64,000 bases of DNA from an uncultured virus (IMG/VR IMGVR_UViG_3300008120_000087) (lineage: Duplodnaviria > Heunggongvirae > Uroviricota > Caudoviricetes). Under the pieces are notes generated by a model that was not told the origin of the DNA, did no database searches, and worked only from the letters and a program-made list of their open reading frames with translations. Shown piece by piece: positions 29,961-39,071 of this stretch (position 1 is the stretch's first letter; the number at the start of each line of letters is the position of its first letter). Location: IMG/VR virus record IMGVR_UViG_3300008120_000087; one strand, given 5' to 3'. The position numbers were made by a program, and so were the translations under genes.

Positions 29961-32116
29961 TGAAGAACCTAATAACTGAGACAGGTTTAAGAGATATTTC
30001 CGCATTAAGAAAAAGATACCCGAAGGCTGAAATATATTTCCACCAAGATTTAGATGGTGTAACTACTGCTATTGCGATGAAAAAATACCTTGAGAACAAT
30101 GGTATTGATGTGGTAGATGTTCACGTAATACAATATGGGGAAAAAGAATTTGCGGTTAAGAAGAATGACGCTAAGGGTGATACCATGCCTGTTTTGGTTG
30201 ACTTTGCTCATGGTAAACCAATGTTCGTTATCCACACGGACCATCATGACAAACAAATAGGTGCGGAAAAAGGTGCTTCGAAATCATTTAGACAAGCACG
30301 TTCAAACGTGGAAACAATCTCACAAATAATTTCACCCAAAGATTTATTTCCCTCATCTGACGTTTTATTGATTAACACTGTTGACTCCGCAGATTTCGCT
30401 AGACAAGATATAAGTCCCGAGGAGGTAGTCAATTATCTTTTTAGATTAGATAAAGAAAAGCCGTTACAAAGAAACAAAATGTTATTGGGTTTCGTTATAA
30501 ACAAACTCATTTTAGCATTCAAAAACAAGAAAGGATTTTTGGAGCGACTTGTAATGAATTCAGAACCATCTTTGATGAATATACTTAGTAACATCAAAAC
30601 ATGGATGAAAGATACAAATGCACCAAAACCAGAAGAACTACAAAAACACGCACAAGATTATGCAAAACAAATGAAAGGATTTCCCCATGTTGAAGATAAT
30701 ATCATTTACCAATATGGTGGAGGTAGTATGGTTAAGCCTGGCTCTTATGACAGGTATACCCCATTTAGAAATAACCCTGAAGCAGACTTTCTCATCATGG
30801 CATGGCCGATGGGATTACTTCAAGTATCATGCAATCCTTTTAAAAAGGAAAGGAAGCTCAAAGGTGTTAATCTCGGAGAGATTGCTAAAGAGGTCATTGC
30901 AAAGTATGAAGCTCAACTCAAGGAAAGAAAAGTCCCGTTATCAACGATAAAATGGATTAGTGAAACAGGTGTTAACCCTGAAAGTGTTGGGTTTACATTC
31001 GAGGATTTTAATGCGGTTTATGGTGAAAAATTTGCAGAACAAGAAAGAGGAGAAGAGGCTTTGAATAGACTTAAAGAAATGATGTCAAAACCATTTACAT
31101 CATTAACAGATGAAGAAAAAAGTATCTTAGATAATATTAATGTAAGTGCTTGGGAATTAATCAACGCAAACTCTGGAGGTCACAAGTGTATCACGAATAT
31201 AAGTGGATTGAACTATCTTGGTAGGTCCAAAAGACCACCCGAAGGTCAATATAGATATGACCCTGAAAGAGAAGATGCACCATATGTAAAATTTACAAAA
31301 ATGTTGGCTTCAGATTTCTTCAGAAAGTTAAAGGAAAAAATTTCTCAATCTGAGTCAAAATTGGAGGAACAGTACAATCCCTCTTCGGGGGACATTAGAG
31401 TACCAAGTTTATCAATTGCAAGACAGAAGGATGATTTTGTTTTTAAGTCACTTCAACCCATAGACAAAAATCAATCAGGTTTTTTTATGTTCTTTGTTTT
31501 TCCGAAATATAGACCTTCAATGACAGATTCTTGGATTGCTCGCATATTAGCATTCCACGGAAGAGCATTGGAGTGGGTAGAGGATTATTTAGGTTTGAAT
31601 GAACAAGTTGGAAAGAGAGAAATCAAAATATATGCCACTGGACATGGAGGTTGTATTTTAGTTGACCATACAGGTATTGTAAAATTATATGAGTTTGGAC
31701 CTTACGATAACGATGGAAACGGAAAGGTTTTGAAAACTGAAATGGGGAAAATTGCGACTATAGATTCACAAGGAAACTTCACAAATGCTGGTGATGTTGC
31801 AAGAACTTGTAAAGCCAAAACTTTCAAAGACGGTCCAAATCTAACAATGTGGACAAATGTTATGAGATTACCTAATTTCACAGACTCTGTGAACGAGGCT
31901 AGTAAACCAAGAAGTTACTCATTCATAGATTTGACAGAGGGTGGTGATTCGAATTGTGCAACCTTTGCAGTAGATGTTGCTAAAGCAGGTGGTATTTCAG
32001 ATATTAGTATAGGTTCAACCACAATACCATTTTTTGGAACAGTGCCTGAGAAACCAAAAACAATATTTTTGAGAATGAGGTCAAGTAAATTTTTTGTGAG
32101 AGATTTCACAGTTTAG
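29960..32116 (+). CDS. DHH phosphoesterase-like protein fused to a putative His/Cys peptidase domain
   Basis: HQDLDG, VDF, TDHH, GGH; C-terminal GHGG...NCATF. Confidence 0.65.
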   Translation: MKNLITETGLRDISALRKRYPKAEIYFHQDLDGVTTAIAMKKYLENNGIDVVDVHVIQYGEKEFAVKKNDAKGDTMPVLVDFAHGKPMFVIHTDHHDKQIGAEKGASKSFRQARSNVETISQIISPKDLFPSSDVLLINTVDSADFARQDISPEEVVNYLFRLDKEKPLQRNKMLLGFVINKLILAFKNKKGFLERLVMNSEPSLMNILSNIKTWMKDTNAPKPEELQKHAQDYAKQMKGFPHVEDNIIYQYGGGSMVKPGSYDRYTPFRNNPEADFLIMAWPMGLLQVSCNPFKKERKLKGVNLGEIAKEVIAKYEAQLKERKVPLSTIKWISETGVNPESVGFTFEDFNAVYGEKFAEQERGEEALNRLKEMMSKPFTSLTDEEKSILDNINVSAWELINANSGGHKCITNISGLNYLGRSKRPPEGQYRYDPEREDAPYVKFTKMLASDFFRKLKEKISQSESKLEEQYNPSSGDIRVPSLSIARQKDDFVFKSLQPIDKNQSGFFMFFVFPKYRPSMTDSWIARILAFHGRALEWVEDYLGLNEQVGKREIKIYATGHGGCILVDHTGIVKLYEFGPYDNDGNGKVLKTEMGKIATIDSQGNFTNAGDVARTCKAKTFKDGPNLTMWTNVMRLPNFTDSVNEASKPRSYSFIDLTEGGDSNCATFAVDVAKAGGISDISIGSTTIPFFGTVPEKPKTIFLRMRSSKFFVRDFTV

Positions 32117-32460
32117 AAGATATATTCTACCGTATCTCCAGCTTCAATCCCTAACATTTCACAGGTCCCACCCTCGAGTTCTAATACGATATTTCCATTT
32201 CCACAATAACTCGGACAAGGTTCCTCTAAACAAGGAGGACAGTCGTGATGTATATTGACAATAACATTATTTTTTATCATTATTATATCAAGTGGGATGA
32301 TACAATTTTTCATCCAAAAACATTGTTTTTTACCACCCATTAAAAATAATAAACCATTGAATGAATCATCGAATTTTCTTCTCATCATCCCAATAGCTTG
32401 GGATTTTGGGTCAACCAATGTTTTAACATTAAAATAATTTTCATTAATTTCAACAATCAT
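32113..32460 (-). CDS. DUF192-family protein
   Basis: GMM..GLLF..FWMKNC.IPLDII..VLEL.GG. Confidence 0.85.
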   Translation of the reverse strand: MIVEINENYFNVKTLVDPKSQAIGMMRRKFDDSFNGLLFLMGGKKQCFWMKNCIIPLDIIMIKNNVIVNIHHDCPPCLEEPCPSYCGNGNIVLELEGGTCEMLGIEAGDTVEYIF

Positions 32461-32474
32461 ATTTAATAAATACA

Positions 32475-32894
32475 ATGAAACAACAAAGCTATGTAGGAAT
32501 TATGGTAAAATGTAAGGATAAAGTTTTACTATGTAAAAGAAACAATCTCGGTTCTTTCCCAGGTATGTGGTCGATTCCAGGTGGAAAACTCGAAGAAAAT
32601 GAAACAACACAAGAAGGTGCCAAACGCGAATTTTTCGAAGAAACAGCGGTTAGTATCGATGACCAAGAAATTACTTTTATTGGACTCATTCCAAGACACA
32701 CTCGTGACGGTAAAAAAGTTAAAGGGTTGATGTATGTGTATTTGTTAATTGTTGAAGAATGTATTGAACCAGATTTCGAGAAAGCCATTGACGGAGAAGA
32801 ACATACTGATTGGAAGTATTTCAGTTTCGATGAAATCCGTGCTGAAAACACAGGTGACTATATGTATAAATTAGCTGAAATTATTTTACAATGA
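32475..32894 (+). CDS. NUDIX hydrolase
   Basis: PGGKLEENETTQEGAKREFFEET Nudix box. Confidence 0.9.
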   Translation: MKQQSYVGIMVKCKDKVLLCKRNNLGSFPGMWSIPGGKLEENETTQEGAKREFFEETAVSIDDQEITFIGLIPRHTRDGKKVKGLMYVYLLIVEECIEPDFEKAIDGEEHTDWKYFSFDEIRAENTGDYMYKLAEIILQ

Positions 32895-32995
32895 TTGTAT
32901 TAGGTTTAATTATGTTTGTCATCGTTATAGGAATCATAGGATGGTTCGATATGATGAGACAACTCAGAAGAATGGTTGACGATTTGGACCACTAA
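32891..32995 (+). CDS. Small membrane peptide (34 aa)
   Basis: MIVLGLIMFVIVIGIIGWFDMMRQLRRMVDDLDH*; ATGA overlap. Confidence 0.5.
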   Translation: MIVLGLIMFVIVIGIIGWFDMMRQLRRMVDDLDH

Positions 32996-33125
32996 AAAAA
33001 AATATTTTTTCTTAGGGTTACTTTTTGAACTTTTCGGAATATTTATATGTTCATGTCCGAGAGGACGAACACCCCAAACACTCGAGATGAATAAAAGAGT
33101 AATCTCGAAATAATAGTCCCACGAA

Positions 33126-33157
33126 TTTGGTTATTTGAGAAAATCTCCGTATATTTG
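33126..33157 (+). promoter_or_regulatory. Bacteroidota sigmaA-type promoter P1 of the RNA island
   Basis: TTTG-N20-TATATTTG. Confidence 0.7.
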
Positions 33158-33278
33158 TGGGACTTCTTTTTCAAAACAACATAGTTCTTAAAAATATTGA
33201 AATGATGACTCCTGCTGGTTCAACCAGCGCATGACGTGGATAGGTGACCGAGGGGTAAGTAGGAGTTAATCATTATAT

Positions 33279-33351
33279 TGCGGGCGGGGGGCAAGGTGTT
33301 CCATGGGTCTCATAAGCCCACTTAGCTTGGTTCGATTCCAAGGCGACGCAA
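33279..33351 (+). tRNA. tRNA with CAT anticodon (Met or Ile2), atypical acceptor stem
   Basis: Anticodon arm TGGGT-CTCATAA-GCCCA; T arm CTTGG-TTCGATT-CCAAG; D arm GGGG/TTCC. Confidence 0.75.
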
Positions 33352-33362
33352 CAAAAAAAAGA

Positions 33363-33427
33363 TTTGAGAGTTTAAAAAAACCTTCTTATCTTTGTAAAAC
33401 ACACGATGAGAGTCGTATGTTCTTTGA
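33363..33427 (+). promoter_or_regulatory. SigmaA-type promoter P2 plus boxA-like element
   Basis: TTTG-N20-TATCTTTG; GTTCTTTGA at 33419. Confidence 0.7.
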
Positions 33428-33511
33428 CAAAGACTGAATTTGAACCTGTCCCATTAAGAGTGGGGGGTATTAGAATCGAATCAGAAAAAGTCAAAAAAAG
33501 TTTCAAAAAGA

Positions 33512-33632
33512 TTTGACAGTTCCAAAAACGTGTCTTAACTTTGTGAAACAATTGAAGGGGAGGAGTTGTAAGTGTTCCAACTTCGGATGGTCGTCAAGAT
33601 TCTTCTTCCCTTTAAATTTGAAAGTTCTTTGA
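33512..33632 (+). promoter_or_regulatory. SigmaA-type promoter P3 plus boxA-like element
   Basis: TTTG-N20-TAACTTTG; GTTCTTTGA at 33624. Confidence 0.7.
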
Positions 33633-33704
33633 ATTAAGATATTATCTTCACAGTTAGTTGATGATGAAACCTTCGGGTTTATTCTGAGACATTCTGTTCA
33701 AGAT

Positions 33705-34505
33705 ATTGGCCGCCTATGGTCATTAAATAAACTATGAAAATAGTATAAAGTGGAACTCCCTGGTTTGGGAGGTCTGCGGTTTCCGAAAGGGAACTCGAGT
33801 AGGCAATCAGGATATTATCTGACCTTTAGTACTGAGGGTGACACTGTAGGGAACGTGGTTGGGTAATCAAGCGATACGGGTCGTTTGATTGAGGTGGGAA
33901 CACCAATAAGAATAACCTGAAGGATTAATGTAAGAAACTATGGCATCCACCATAGTAATTGCGTGATTCAATATTAGAGTTGGCTTAACACCGAACAAGG
34001 TAAGTTTCATAACAGGTGGTGCTGATGGAACCTTAACTTTCTCTCTACCAAGAGGTTAGTTATGAAGTTGACTCAAAATATGGAGGTCGGGAGACTTCAG
34101 AGAGTAGCTTAGTATCGTGTCGTCCAAAAGATGGCATGGCTTCAGACGGGCCGCTACTTTCATCATCCGTAAACCAACTTTGTTAATTAAGGTTTAACAA
34201 ACTCAAAATTAAACAAGGAAAAGTGCTCGTCAGTTGTGTGCGACAGGTCACTACATAGTTAAGAGATGTTCTTAGCCTTGAAGGGTCCCAAGCCCGACAG
34301 GATTTTCTTGAAAGTTCTCTAATCCCGCAAGGATTAATTGGGGTGGCAACCTCGAAGAGTGATGAGTAACGAGAGAGTGGTACACAACTTAAGGATTGGT
34401 TAATCTAATTGACCGTGACTGAGGATTACTTCTCAAAAGGAAGTGGAAACGAAGGGAAATCATAATCCTTCCAAAGATTCTCACCAAAACTTGTATTCTC
34501 AGAGT
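33705..34505 (+). ncRNA. Large structured ncRNA, GOLLD-like (~800 nt; ends approximate)
   Basis: No ORF across almost all of it; GC-richer than flanks; many tetraloop hairpins (TCC-GAAA-GGG, TCCC-GCAA-GGA, GG-CAA-CC); downstream of a tRNA; size, context and 3' motifs recalled from GOLLD. Confidence 0.7.
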
Positions 34506-34512
34506 TTTTTGC

Positions 34513-34552
34513 CAACCCCGTCAGTTTCTACTGGTGGGGTTTTTTGTTTTTT
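34513..34552 (+). terminator. Intrinsic terminator closing the RNA island
   Basis: AACCCCGTCAGT-ttct-ACTGGTGGGGTT followed by a T tract. Confidence 0.85.
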
Positions 34553-36687
34553 TAACAACCGTAGCTATCAGTTATTGAACCATTCGTTGCGATTCTATAC
34601 CAATCGGAGGAACCTAAAGTGTTGTTGGTATAATACAAGTCATTACCATTGTATGGTGTTGTTAGGTTTGAATCTGAATAAAATTTGGTAATTGTATACC
34701 AACTTGATTCTGCGGCATATAAGGTCTGAGTTAAAACAACAGGATTACAATCTATCGATACAAAAGTTTGTCCTGAGGTAACTGAATAAGGGTAAAATAC
34801 AAATGATTGCGTAGGTGTTTGAGATGGTGTTACAGACTGTGTAACTGTTGGTTCTGTTTGTGTTGGTGTAGGAGTTTGAGTTACAGAGGCCGTCGGAGTC
34901 TGTGTAAGCGTTGGTGTAGGTGAGTTGGTAGTTGTTGGTGAGTTAGTTGGTGTACTAGTAGTTGTTGGAGTTGGAGTATTAGAAGCGGTCAATGTTGGTG
35001 TGTTAGTAGTTGTTGGAGTTGGAGTATTAGAGGCTGTCAATGTTGGTGTGGGTGTCGGACACGCACAAGGTGAATTATAATACAAATTATTGAACTCACC
35101 TGAAATAACAGTTACTGAACCATATTCTATACAACCCTCGGGTGCACCCCAAGAATCAACACCAGCTTCAACGCTCAGGATATTTACTTCTCCACTACAA
35201 CAATCTGTGTAACTGAAAAAAGTTTCAGTTAATGTTACATCGAAATAAATTTTTTGATAACAATCGGCAAGTCTCGTTTGTGTTGGTGTAGGAGTAAGTG
35301 TGCCTGTGACTGTCGGACTGGTTGTTGGTGTTGGTGTAGAGGTCGAGGTCGATGTAGGAGTTAATGTAGGAGTTGAGGTCAATGTAGGGGTTAGAGATGG
35401 TGTCGTGGTCGGTGTTGGTGTTGAGGTCGGGTTTATTGTAGGAGTTGGGGATGGTGTTGGACAAAGTCCCTGACAACACTCACAACTATCGAAACATTCT
35501 AAAACATCATTCGAATTCACGACAACCGAAGGGCTTACATTATCAAAACATTGAGGAACTCCCCCACATTCAGTATGAGGTGCCTCATCACAATAACCGT
35601 AAATTACAGAACAACTGTCGGTTAAATTTGGATTCGACGAACGGAAATATCTCAAGAAAGATGGGTCCCCACATAGAAGAGCTGAATAATAGTAAACAGG
35701 AGGGGTCTGTGTAGGTGTTTGAGTGTTGGTAGGTGTTTGAGTGTTGGTAGGTGTTTGAGTGTTAGTTGGCGTTGGAGTCGGGGTAGAGGTGTTGGTAGGT
35801 GTTTGAGTGTTAGTTGGCGTTGGAGTTTGTGTAGAAGTATTTGTTGGTGTTTGAGTGTTGGTTGGTGTTTGTGTAACGGTCGATGTTGGAGTTGGGGTAG
35901 TGCAGTTGGTTATGTTTCCTGGAGGAGATTTCAATACCATCCAAACATCTTGAGCGAAGGGAATTTGGGATGGTTCAAATAAATAAATCGAAATACCATC
36001 TATAGAACAACCAGAAAATAATAAGTCCCAAATTCTAGGTATTGAATTGATGTTACAAGGGTCCTCTCCAGGTCCGAAACAGGTTTCAGGGTAAATAATG
36101 TAATAGTAATTCAATCTATTGTCAGATAAGTCCCTCACTCTATATTGGATAGCCAAAGAAGGAGAAGAGATATAAACAGTTCCTGCTAAGTTATAATTGG
36201 GACACTCACCAACTTGAAAATTCGTTACTAAATTTGTCCAAGGAATACCGTTGAACACTGTTGGGTCGATGTAAGGAGGATTGTATGTTGCAATTCTATA
36301 ATCTATATTAACGTTGGGTGGTAAGGCATATTCACTTGAAATTCTTAAAGTGACTGGAAACGGATATGGGTATTCATATACATAACAAGATTCGGTGTTG
36401 ACATTCACAACATCCCCCAAAGAATATGTCTGTATCATGTTTAATATATCTCCGTCATCTTGACTAACTAAATTCTCAGAAAAGTAATTTGGAATTTGTA
36501 TTGATGATGGAACAGCCCAAATCCTTTTGGATTGTTGAGGTAGTATTTCGTCTTGGTAAACCCACTGAAAATTCGAACTCTTCTGATAATTTATTGTTAT
36601 GACAGAGTCAGTAGGATTGGAAAAAGAAATTTTCTCAGTTTTTTTTACAATTCTTTGTTGACCAATAATTATAACGGGATTTGACAT
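34552..36687 (-). CDS. Pro/Thr-rich (mucin-like) repeat protein with Cys-rich domains; likely virion/surface
   Basis: Three TPTxT tracts separating Cys-containing modules; TATTTAT before MSNPV. Confidence 0.75.
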   Translation of the reverse strand: MSNPVIIIGQQRIVKKTEKISFSNPTDSVITINYQKSSNFQWVYQDEILPQQSKRIWAVPSSIQIPNYFSENLVSQDDGDILNMIQTYSLGDVVNVNTESCYVYEYPYPFPVTLRISSEYALPPNVNIDYRIATYNPPYIDPTVFNGIPWTNLVTNFQVGECPNYNLAGTVYISSPSLAIQYRVRDLSDNRLNYYYIIYPETCFGPGEDPCNINSIPRIWDLLFSGCSIDGISIYLFEPSQIPFAQDVWMVLKSPPGNITNCTTPTPTSTVTQTPTNTQTPTNTSTQTPTPTNTQTPTNTSTPTPTPTNTQTPTNTQTPTNTQTPTQTPPVYYYSALLCGDPSFLRYFRSSNPNLTDSCSVIYGYCDEAPHTECGGVPQCFDNVSPSVVVNSNDVLECFDSCECCQGLCPTPSPTPTINPTSTPTPTTTPSLTPTLTSTPTLTPTSTSTSTPTPTTSPTVTGTLTPTPTQTRLADCYQKIYFDVTLTETFFSYTDCCSGEVNILSVEAGVDSWGAPEGCIEYGSVTVISGEFNNLYYNSPCACPTPTPTLTASNTPTPTTTNTPTLTASNTPTPTTTSTPTNSPTTTNSPTPTLTQTPTASVTQTPTPTQTEPTVTQSVTPSQTPTQSFVFYPYSVTSGQTFVSIDCNPVVLTQTLYAAESSWYTITKFYSDSNLTTPYNGNDLYYTNNTLGSSDWYRIATNGSITDSYGC

Positions 36688-36749
36688 ACTTAGATAAATA
36701 CAAACAAGTTTCATTCAGGATTGAAAAACGGAGCCAAAATGTAATTTTT

Positions 36750-36780
36750 TTTGGTAATTGAATTTAAAAGTTTATCTTTG
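36750..36780 (+). promoter_or_regulatory. SigmaA-type promoter
   Basis: TTTG-N19-TATCTTTG. Confidence 0.65.
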
Positions 36781-36795
36781 TAGAAATTAAAGAAT

Positions 36796-37077
36796 ATGAA
36801 CATGTCAGGTCTCAACATCAAAATTCTACATGAAACTTTCGGAACCCTTTTGGATGAAACTTTTGTTAATCAAATTCAGTTCAAACTTTTTCTTAAAATG
36901 GTTCAAAGTTCAATTGAGATGAAAACTGATTTAACCTTCTTCAATGGTGTGGATTTCTTGGTTCATATCCCACACAAACATTTGGTTAATTCAATTGTTA
37001 TGACTAAACTTGATTTCTATTCTTTAACTGACCATCTTATTAATAAATCTAAAATCGAAGCGGAGGTAACAAAATGA
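36796..37077 (+). CDS. Hypothetical protein
   Basis: 93 aa ORF after a promoter. Confidence 0.6.
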   Translation: MNMSGLNIKILHETFGTLLDETFVNQIQFKLFLKMVQSSIEMKTDLTFFNGVDFLVHIPHKHLVNSIVMTKLDFYSLTDHLINKSKIEAEVTK

Positions 37078-37358
37078 AATTCAGTGATTTAGTAAAAATA
37101 GTAGCAGTTGGTGCCTTGGTTTATGGTGCCTATAAATTGGGTGAGAAAAAAGGGCAAAAAAGCTCCTTACCTTACACACCTGCAGATGAACCTATGGGTG
37201 ACATACAGGACGCCGAAGTGGTTCAAGAGAAAAGTGAATCTGATTTTATACAGGAACTCATAGATTCGTTAAGGAAAAAACCAAATAAAACCGCAAAGGA
37301 TAAGAACACATTAGAACTTTTAGAAATCAAATTAAGACAATTACTCAAAGGATTATGA
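37074..37358 (+). CDS. Membrane-anchored hypothetical protein
   Basis: N-terminal hydrophobic helix. Confidence 0.6.
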   Translation: MKFSDLVKIVAVGALVYGAYKLGEKKGQKSSLPYTPADEPMGDIQDAEVVQEKSESDFIQELIDSLRKKPNKTAKDKNTLELLEIKLRQLLKGL

Positions 37359-37654
37359 TAACGATTGAAAATATTATAGAACACTCCAAACCCCATAGAA
37401 ATATGGTTGAGGGTGCACGTCAGACATATATGACTGATGGAAAAATTGGACTCTCAATTGTTGGGGGTGCTCAAGGGTTGTATGGTGATTTCAAAGATGA
37501 TTTCGAAATTGCAATTATGGACAGTGAGACTGGTGATTTCGTGACAAAATATTACTTACCTGAAGCTAACGATGATGTTGTTGGATATTTAAGTTCTGAG
37601 GCTCTTACCTCTTTAGCCAACACATTATTTCCAAAAGGTTTCCAAGTTCGTTAA
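37355..37654 (+). CDS. Hypothetical phage protein
   Basis: SIVGG..GLYG...FEIAI..DVVGY pattern. Confidence 0.6.
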   Translation: MITIENIIEHSKPHRNMVEGARQTYMTDGKIGLSIVGGAQGLYGDFKDDFEIAIMDSETGDFVTKYYLPEANDDVVGYLSSEALTSLANTLFPKGFQVR

Positions 37655-37696
37655 ACTTGGTGGTGGAGTGGCTGGCAAAACCGTTCAGCCCCTATT

Positions 37697-37724
37697 GGGA
37701 GACTTCGGTCTCCCCTTTTTTTTT
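37697..37724 (+). terminator. Intrinsic terminator
   Basis: GGGAGAC-TTCG-GTCTCCC followed by a T tract. Confidence 0.85.
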
Positions 37725-38203
37725 TATTCCCACCAAACACCGAAACCACAGTTTTGGAATACTATGTTGTAGGCTTGTTCTTTGATGTGGTCCAATAACT
37801 CGTCCAAGTCACTCCAACCACCCATGTCTGTATTGTCGATTACTACTTGAATTGTAAAGTAGCTCTCATCACCTGTTTCTGGGTCTGAACTCAATATGTT
37901 TGAATCGCCCCAACTACTTTTAGCAATCACATCATTTTCCGATTCCCTCTCGTCGTAGTATTGTGGAAATATTTTTATGTAACAATATTCGTCTCCACCC
38001 AAGTCAACCCTGACTCCATCTTCACCTTGCAATTTATTTATTGCTTTTTCACAAAAATCGATTACACCTTCCTCACCAACTCTGTCTCTTATACCAAGGA
38101 GAAAATAATCTAAGTTGTATCCAACCATCTTGGCAATAGATTGAATGTCAGGATTTGGATAACCCTCTTTTTCTAATACCTTTAAAAAATATTTTACATC
38201 CAT
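37724..38203 (-). CDS. Acidic hypothetical protein
   Basis: 159 aa ORF. Confidence 0.6.
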   Translation of the reverse strand: MDVKYFLKVLEKEGYPNPDIQSIAKMVGYNLDYFLLGIRDRVGEEGVIDFCEKAINKLQGEDGVRVDLGGDEYCYIKIFPQYYDERESENDVIAKSSWGDSNILSSDPETGDESYFTIQVVIDNTDMGGWSDLDELLDHIKEQAYNIVFQNCGFGVWWE

Positions 38204-38213
38204 TCTATATAAA

Positions 38214-39071
38214 TTATTGGAGATGGCTTATGTCCCAACTTGGTGTTGTGAAGAATTTAGGTTTTCTCGGTTCAAATCTAACATTTGGAAGTTGATTATA
38301 AAGTCCCAAACAATATATTTGGTCTGGGGTTACTTCATCAGAAAGTTCAGCGTGTTCTTGTGTCACTTCTCCGAGTATAATTATAGATTTACTATTATAG
38401 AATCTATCTGTTGGTATAACTTCTTCAAATTCTTCCTCTTTGATTTCGAATAAGTCGTAAAGGTTTCTATTCCAACAAACTATAAATTGAATGTCAAATA
38501 GTTTTTCATCGGTTTCGAGATTTCCATCACCATTACAATCATCACAATATACATCCCCATCACCACCACATATGTGACATGTAACCTTACCTGTTCCATT
38601 ACATTCGTCACACTCCCTTTGTCCTTTACCTTCGCACTCATCACAGTCCTCAGGTCCGTCATCTCCATCTATTTTACCATCACCATCACAAAAATGACAA
38701 GTGACTTCAAGGTCACCCTCACACTCATCACATTCCAAATCACCTATTCCATTACAGTTATCACATCGTACATGTCCTCCTCCATCACACATACCACATT
38801 CATCGTAGTAGGTTTCGTCTTCCGTTGAAAAGACTGTTGCAAAAAAGACTTTATCATACCATTCTTCTATTTGTTCTTGGGGTATGTTTTGTGAAACACC
38901 CCAAGTGGCAATACATAATTTAATGAAGTTGTCAGGACCCATATACTTAAAGTAATCCCAATAGTTTTTTTCTCCCGTCAATGTGTTGTAAACATCATTT
39001 GGAGTCTGAGGTGGTTTAGTAAAGTCACTAAACATCCTTTTGGCTAATCTATAAATCTTACTGTTGGTCAT
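38214..39071 (-). CDS. Protein with eight DnaJ-type CxxCxGxG zinc-finger repeats
   Basis: CGMCDGGG through CDDCNGDG. Confidence 0.8.
   Translation of the reverse strand: MTNSKIYRLAKRMFSDFTKPPQTPNDVYNTLTGEKNYWDYFKYMGPDNFIKLCIATWGVSQNIPQEQIEEWYDKVFFATVFSTEDETYYDECGMCDGGGHVRCDNCNGIGDLECDECEGDLEVTCHFCDGDGKIDGDDGPEDCDECEGKGQRECDECNGTGKVTCHICGGDGDVYCDDCNGDGNLETDEKLFDIQFIVCWNRNLYDLFEIKEEEFEEVIPTDRFYNSKSIIILGEVTQEHAELSDEVTPDQIYCLGLYNQLPNVRFEPRKPKFFTTPSWDISHLQ

Noticed and set aside
34270..34310. GGTCCCAAGCCC resembling a twister ribozyme loop
   Set aside because: Other twister elements could not be placed; it lies inside the large ncRNA
33600..34505. rRNA fragment, tmRNA or RNase P RNA
   Set aside because: No universal rRNA or RNase P signature sequences and no tRNA-like ends or tag ORF recognised
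34443..34691. 82-aa ORF on the plus strand
   Set aside because: Crosses the ncRNA 3' end, a terminator and an antisense gene
34780..35900. GTTGGT-rich repeats as telomere-like or non-coding repeats
   Set aside because: Antisense of Thr/Pro codons in the 34552-36687 gene
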